From contig CAXXUK010000001.1 in NCBI GenBank assembly GCA_963665125.2, forward strand, positions 1,088,001 to 1,152,000: a stretch of DNA of 64,000 nt, in the 5' to 3' direction. Positions 59,417 to 64,000 of the stretch are shown one piece after another (the stretch's first letter is position 1; each line of letters opens with the position of its first letter). This stretch comes from an uncultured Desulfarculus sp. (GTDB lineage Bacteria; Desulfobacterota; Desulfarculia; Desulfarculales; Desulfarculaceae). Below the pieces are notes generated by a model. The model was not told where the DNA came from, did not search any database, and saw only the letters and a program-made list of their open reading frames with translations. Position numbers and translations under genes: made by a program.

Positions 59417-60850
59417 ATGGGAGAAAATACCGTGCTAGAGCACAAAAAGAAATCACGGCCGATAATTTTAGTGATTTCCTGCTTGATTGGCGTCCTGACG
59501 GCGGCCTCGGTCTGCTTTGCCCAGACCAGCCAGCAGGACATCCCGGAAAAACCGAAAGCAGAGGGTGTGATGACCCTCGAACAGGCAATTGACGCCGCCT
59601 TGGCTTATTCGCCCACCGTTTCCCAGACCAGGGACTCCCTTGAACAGGCCAAGGGTTCCCGCTGGCAGGCCGTCACCGGCTTTCTGCCTGTCTTGGACAC
59701 CAGCTACAGCTATCAAAAGACTCAGAATCCGGTTACGGTCAACACCCCCTACGGCTCGTTCACCACGGCCGCAGACAACACCTATGTCTGGAGCACCAGC
59801 CTGACCCAGCCCTTATTCACCGGCTTCAAGCTGACCAGTTCATATAAACTGTCGGACTTGGGCGTCGATGTGGCCCGTTTGGACCTCCAGCTTTCCATCC
59901 TGGACCTGGCGGTGAACGTCAAAGACGCATACTACGGCTACCTCGTGGCAATCAAAGCCAAGGAGGTGTCAGACCAGGCGGTGTTGCAGCTTACCTCACA
60001 CCTGAAAAACGCCAAGGATTTCCATGAAGTGGGCATACTGCCCATAAACGATGTACTCAAGGTCGAGGTCGAGTTGTCCAATGCCCAGCAAAATGCGGTA
60101 AAGGCCGCCAACAATGTTGCAATCGCCAGGGCGCAACTCAACACCCTGCTGGGCGTCAATGTCGACTCGGCCTTGCAGGTCGAGGACATCCTAGGCAAGT
60201 ACGAGCAGGTGAATTTCGAATACAAGACCGTACGGGACCTGGCCCGTAAGGAGCGTCCTGAACTCCAGAGCGTTAAGCTGCAAATCCAGCAGGCCGACTG
60301 GAGCGTCACCAGGGCCCAAAGCGATTATTACCCCCAGGTCGGCGTGAAGGGCAGCTATGACTTCACTGGAGAGAACTGGGACTTCGGGCCTTCCGAGTAT
60401 TACGACACCACCGGCTGGACCATCTCGGCCCAGGCTTCGCTGAACATATTCAGTTGGGGCAGTACCGCCGCCGAGGTCAACAAGGCAAGGGCGGATGTGC
60501 GAAAGGCTCAAAAAGCCCTCAAGGATCTGCGCGATCAGGTCGATCTACAGGTCAAGGAGACCTATTTGTACATGCTGGAGGCCGAAAAAAACATAGTCAC
60601 GGCCAAGACCTCGGTGACCCAGGCCAAGGAAAACTACCGCATCACCAATGAGCGGTACAAGGAACAGCTCACCACCAACACCGAGTTGTTGGACGCCCAG
60701 ACCTTGCTGACCCAGGCCCAGAACAACTACTACTCCGCCTTGGGGACCTACAATATCGCCAAAGCCCGCCTGCTCAGAGCCATGGGCCGTGGCGTGGACC
60801 AGACGAAAATGGCCGCACTGACCAAGGAGGAAAAGAATCTTCTTCCCTGA
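59417..60850 (+). CDS. TolC-family outer membrane protein
   Basis: MTLEQAIDAAL, LTQPLFTG, ARAQLNTLLG, ELLDAQ, LLRAMG. Confidence 0.88.
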   Translation: MGENTVLEHKKKSRPIILVISCLIGVLTAASVCFAQTSQQDIPEKPKAEGVMTLEQAIDAALAYSPTVSQTRDSLEQAKGSRWQAVTGFLPVLDTSYSYQKTQNPVTVNTPYGSFTTAADNTYVWSTSLTQPLFTGFKLTSSYKLSDLGVDVARLDLQLSILDLAVNVKDAYYGYLVAIKAKEVSDQAVLQLTSHLKNAKDFHEVGILPINDVLKVEVELSNAQQNAVKAANNVAIARAQLNTLLGVNVDSALQVEDILGKYEQVNFEYKTVRDLARKERPELQSVKLQIQQADWSVTRAQSDYYPQVGVKGSYDFTGENWDFGPSEYYDTTGWTISAQASLNIFSWGSTAAEVNKARADVRKAQKALKDLRDQVDLQVKETYLYMLEAEKNIVTAKTSVTQAKENYRITNERYKEQLTTNTELLDAQTLLTQAQNNYYSALGTYNIAKARLLRAMGRGVDQTKMAALTKEEKNLLP

Positions 60851-60880
60851 CGCTGGCCAAACAAAACGGAGCGCTCTGTA

Positions 60881-61549
60881 ATGGTTCGGCTGGACTCGGT
60901 CAGTAAAAAATATCCGGGTTCCGGCCGCGCCGTGCTGTCGGACATTGATTTCGCCATTGAGCCGGGCGGCCTGGTCTTTCTGACGGGACCGTCGGGCGCG
61001 GGCAAATCCACCCTGATCCATCTGATAATCGGCAACGTGCTTCCCACCAGGGGCAAAATCCTGGTGGGAGGCCGCGATTTGGGCATGCTGTCGCCCAGGG
61101 GCCTGGCTGTCCTGCGCCAAAACCTGGGCGTGGTTTTTCAGGATTTCCGCCTGCTGGAAAAGCGCAGCGTTTTCGAAAATGTGGCCTTGGCCTTGCGGGT
61201 TCAGGGACGCCCCGCCAAACAAAACCTTGCCGACAGAGTCGACGCGGCCCTGGCAAGCGTTGATCTTTCCGATATGTCCGAGGTCAAGGCCGGAACCCTG
61301 AGCGGCGGCGAACAGCAGCGCGTGGCCATTGCCAGAGCCCTGGTGCGCAGGCCAAGGCTGATCCTGGCCGATGAGCCCACGGGCAACCTGGACCCCAAGA
61401 ACACCCGGCGGGTAATGAACCTGTTGCAGCGCGCCCATAAGAGCGGCGCAACTGTGCTGTTGGCCACCCATGATCCCGACCTTCCCCAGATCATTGCCGG
61501 GACCTCGGAAATTCGGATAAACAATGGGCGTCTGGAGCGGGTGCAGTGA
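60881..61549 (+). CDS. ftsE: Cell division ABC ATPase
   Basis: [32 protein letters not shown]; followed by ftsX. Confidence 0.88.
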   Translation: MVRLDSVSKKYPGSGRAVLSDIDFAIEPGGLVFLTGPSGAGKSTLIHLIIGNVLPTRGKILVGGRDLGMLSPRGLAVLRQNLGVVFQDFRLLEKRSVFENVALALRVQGRPAKQNLADRVDAALASVDLSDMSEVKAGTLSGGEQQRVAIARALVRRPRLILADEPTGNLDPKNTRRVMNLLQRAHKSGATVLLATHDPDLPQIIAGTSEIRINNGRLERVQ

Positions 61550-62442
61550 GCGCAACCAGAACCAGACAGAACGCCGTCAGCCGGGCCTTGCGGCAGATCG
61601 GCGAAAACCCCTGGTTGCAGATCGTCGCCGTGACCAGCCTCACCGTGGCCTATATGATCATCGGCGTATATTTTACCCTTTTAATCAACGTTGAGCGTCA
61701 AGCTACCGATTTCTTTACCGGTTCAAAGCTAATATTGGTCCTGTCCGATGACGCCACCCCGCAAACCGGCGCCAATGTTGCCAAGGAGTCCATGAATTAC
61801 GCCAGGGTGGCCGGGGCCATGTTCGTGCACAAGGACCAGGCCCTGCAACGATTCCGGCGCAGCCTGGGCAACCGCAAGGGCCTGCTGGAGGGCCTTGAAA
61901 ACAACCCTCTGCCCCATACCGTGGAAGTAATCTTGAATCCGGGGCGTCAGGAAGATCAGGGCCTGGTGGAAGAGCTGCGCGGCCTCGACGGAGTGGTCGA
62001 CGTGGTCACCAGCAGACCGTGGCTGATGTTGTTGGAAAAGGCCAGGCGGTCCTTGATCAGCCTGGCCGCGGCCCTGGGCATCCTGCTTTTTCTGGCCGTC
62101 ACCCTGCTGGCTGCCAACACGGTCCGTTTGGCCTATTACGCCCGCCGCCGCGAACTGGAGGTGCTGGTCCTGGTGGGGGCCACACCGGGTTACATGAGGC
62201 GACCCTTTGTCATAGAGGCGGTGTTGCAGGGCATATTGGCGGCCCTGATCGCCTACGGCGGAGTTTGGGTCATGATGTGGGTTTTGTCCGCGCCGGGCAC
62301 CCTGCCCTTTGGCATGGATCTGCAAGGCCTCCTGGAATTGCCCCTGCAACTGCCGCTGCTGTTGGCCGCCGTGGCCCTGACCTCGACAATGGCGGGTTCC
62401 TGGCTGGGTGTGGGCAGGGTTTTGCGGAGGTTGAACCTTTGA
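61546..62442 (+). CDS. ftsX: Cell division permease
   Basis: NPLP, NTVRL...[19 protein letters not shown]. Confidence 0.88.
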   Translation: MSATRTRQNAVSRALRQIGENPWLQIVAVTSLTVAYMIIGVYFTLLINVERQATDFFTGSKLILVLSDDATPQTGANVAKESMNYARVAGAMFVHKDQALQRFRRSLGNRKGLLEGLENNPLPHTVEVILNPGRQEDQGLVEELRGLDGVVDVVTSRPWLMLLEKARRSLISLAAALGILLFLAVTLLAANTVRLAYYARRRELEVLVLVGATPGYMRRPFVIEAVLQGILAALIAYGGVWVMMWVLSAPGTLPFGMDLQGLLELPLQLPLLLAAVALTSTMAGSWLGVGRVLRRLNL

Positions 62443-63533
62443 GGTTTGTCGGCCGGAAATCGGCCGCGCTGGCGGCGCTGGTCTGTTTTGTGTCTCTGTG
62501 GTTCGCCACCCCTTGCCCGGCCAGCCAGGAGATGGACGCCCGTGCCGAGTTGCGGGCCAAGCTGGCCGATTTGCTGGATCAAAACCAATCCATAGCCCAA
62601 CGCGAGGCCGGTCTGCGCCGCGATCTGGAATACGCCAAGCTTAAAACAAGCAAGGAACAACGGTTTTTGGAGTTTTTAGGCGATAAGCAGCAAGGCGAAC
62701 AAAAGCGCCTCATTGAAATTGAGTACAAGATCAAACTGCTGAATAAATACCTCAAGAAAGGCAAAGCTGCTTATGAGCGCAGGCTGCGGGCCCTTTATCT
62801 GCAAGGGGTCGATCTAAGCTGGCACTGGCTGGCCTCGGCAGACACCTTTAACGAGGCCCTGGAGCGCTCGCGGTCATTGGGCATGGTTATAGACGCGGAC
62901 GGGAAAAGGCTCTCAAAGCTTCAGGCCTATTCCCGCAGGCTGGATATGCTGCGGGCGGAACATGGCCGCCGCTTGGCGGAAAACAGCCAAACCAGGGCTG
63001 AGTTGCAACAGAGTCTGCTGCGCCTCAAACAGCGCCAAAAAACCATGGACCTGATCCTGGTAAAGGTGCACCAGCAGCAAAAACTGCTGGCCGGCTCCAT
63101 ATACCAGGTAAAACAGGCCGAAAACCGGCTTGTGAGAACCTTCGCCTTGGATGTGCGCTTTGATCCGGCGGAGGCTCCCGAGGCCGTGGAATCCCGCCGC
63201 GCCGCCGCGCCGGTGGATGGATCAATGCAGGGCTCAGGTGCCGGTGGTGTGCATTTCATGGCACGCCGCGGGGCCCAGGTTCGGGCGCCGTGGGACGGCC
63301 AGGTGGCCTTTGCCTCCAGTATCAGCGGCTGGGGAAAGGTCGTGGTCCTGGATCACGGCGACAGGGTTCATACGGTTCTGGCCCATCTTGGGACCCTTGC
63401 CGTGGAGCCGGGCCAGCCCGTTGCCGCCGGAGAGGTCGTTGGCTCGGTTGGGCCGGGCGGCAGGCTGTTTTTACAGGTTCGCAAGAATGCCAAGCCGGTG
63501 GATTCCGAGGATTGGCTCAGGCTACGCCCTTGA
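62439..63533 (+). CDS. envC: EnvC-like murein hydrolase activator (coiled coil plus degenerate M23)
   Basis: TTG start overlapping the ftsX stop; signal peptide; long coiled coil; GWGKVVVLDHG; HxxxD and HxH motifs missing. Confidence 0.75.
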   Translation: MRFVGRKSAALAALVCFVSLWFATPCPASQEMDARAELRAKLADLLDQNQSIAQREAGLRRDLEYAKLKTSKEQRFLEFLGDKQQGEQKRLIEIEYKIKLLNKYLKKGKAAYERRLRALYLQGVDLSWHWLASADTFNEALERSRSLGMVIDADGKRLSKLQAYSRRLDMLRAEHGRRLAENSQTRAELQQSLLRLKQRQKTMDLILVKVHQQQKLLAGSIYQVKQAENRLVRTFALDVRFDPAEAPEAVESRRAAAPVDGSMQGSGAGGVHFMARRGAQVRAPWDGQVAFASSISGWGKVVVLDHGDRVHTVLAHLGTLAVEPGQPVAAGEVVGSVGPGGRLFLQVRKNAKPVDSEDWLRLRP

Positions 63534-63624
63534 CCAGGGACGGGTGAGGCGTTAAGCTAGATTTTGTTTTTCAATTGAGGCCTTTGGGCTTGGCTGGGCC
63601 CTAATTATCATTCAGGAGGCTTAC

Positions 63625-64000
63625 ATGCGCCGTGGCGTTTTCAAAGCACCATTGACGGTAATGGCGATCATCGCTCTTTCTTTCATCCTCTCGCAGTACA
63701 TTCCCACGCGCTCCAGCGAGGCGGCCAATGATGATCAATACAGGCAAATGCGCCTATTTACCGACGTCCTGGAAGAAGTAAAACAAAAGTACGTAGAAGA
63801 AAAAACCACCGATGAACTAATCAAGGAAGCCATCAAAGGCATGGTGCAAAGCCTTGATCCCCACTCCTCGTATATGACCCCAGAGGAATTCGCCGAGTTG
63901 CAGATCGAAACCAAAGGCAGCTTCTTTGGCGTGGGCATCGAAATCACCATGCGTGACGACGTGCTTACCGTGGTGTCACCCATCGAGGGCACTCCGGCCT
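63625..64000 (+). CDS. ctpA: S41 carboxy-terminal protease (partial, runs off the window)
   Basis: AGGAGG RBS; LFTDVL...YVE...AIKGMVQSLDPHSSY...GSFFGVGIEI...VVSPIEGTP. Confidence 0.9.
   Translation, partial: MRRGVFKAPLTVMAIIALSFILSQYIPTRSSEAANDDQYRQMRLFTDVLEEVKQKYVEEKTTDELIKEAIKGMVQSLDPHSSYMTPEEFAELQIETKGSFFGVGIEITMRDDVLTVVSPIEGTPA

Noticed and set aside
62019..62438. Long N-terminal extension of the EnvC ORF
   Set aside because: Overlaps ftsX; the signal peptide starts at TTG 62439.

Overview
GC-rich bacterial chromosome segment. Gene content suggests a fatty-acid-oxidising anaerobe of the Desulfobacterota/Deltaproteobacteria (inference only). The window appears to span the replication terminus: a dif-like site sits at 27853-27880 and KOPS-like octamers switch strand around it. 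From left to right it holds: tRNA-Pro(GGG); a PEP-CTERM protein; etfBA divergent from an ACAD10/11- or Lva-like operon (histidine phosphatase, acyl-CoA dehydrogenase, TetR, phosphotransferase, DUF362 Fe-S protein, 3-hydroxyacyl-CoA dehydrogenase); signalling genes; a 4-hydroxybutyryl-CoA dehydratase-family gene; and a decayed island at the tmRNA 3' end (P4-type integrase truncated by an IS3 element). These are followed by ihfA, rlpA, mscS, dif and pyrR; an addB-addA-recD2 operon whose RecD2 is fused in frame to a shikimate kinase; a Helicobacter/Campylobacter-type cell-shape operon (Csd6-like, membrane coiled-coil protein, Csd4-like M99 peptidase, bactofilin); fadN-fadA with a FadR-box-like operator; an orphan flagellar rod gene; an acyl-CoA ligase; glycosylation genes; and tolC-ftsE-ftsX-envC-ctpA (partial). 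All calls come from motif recognition by eye; no database searches were run.
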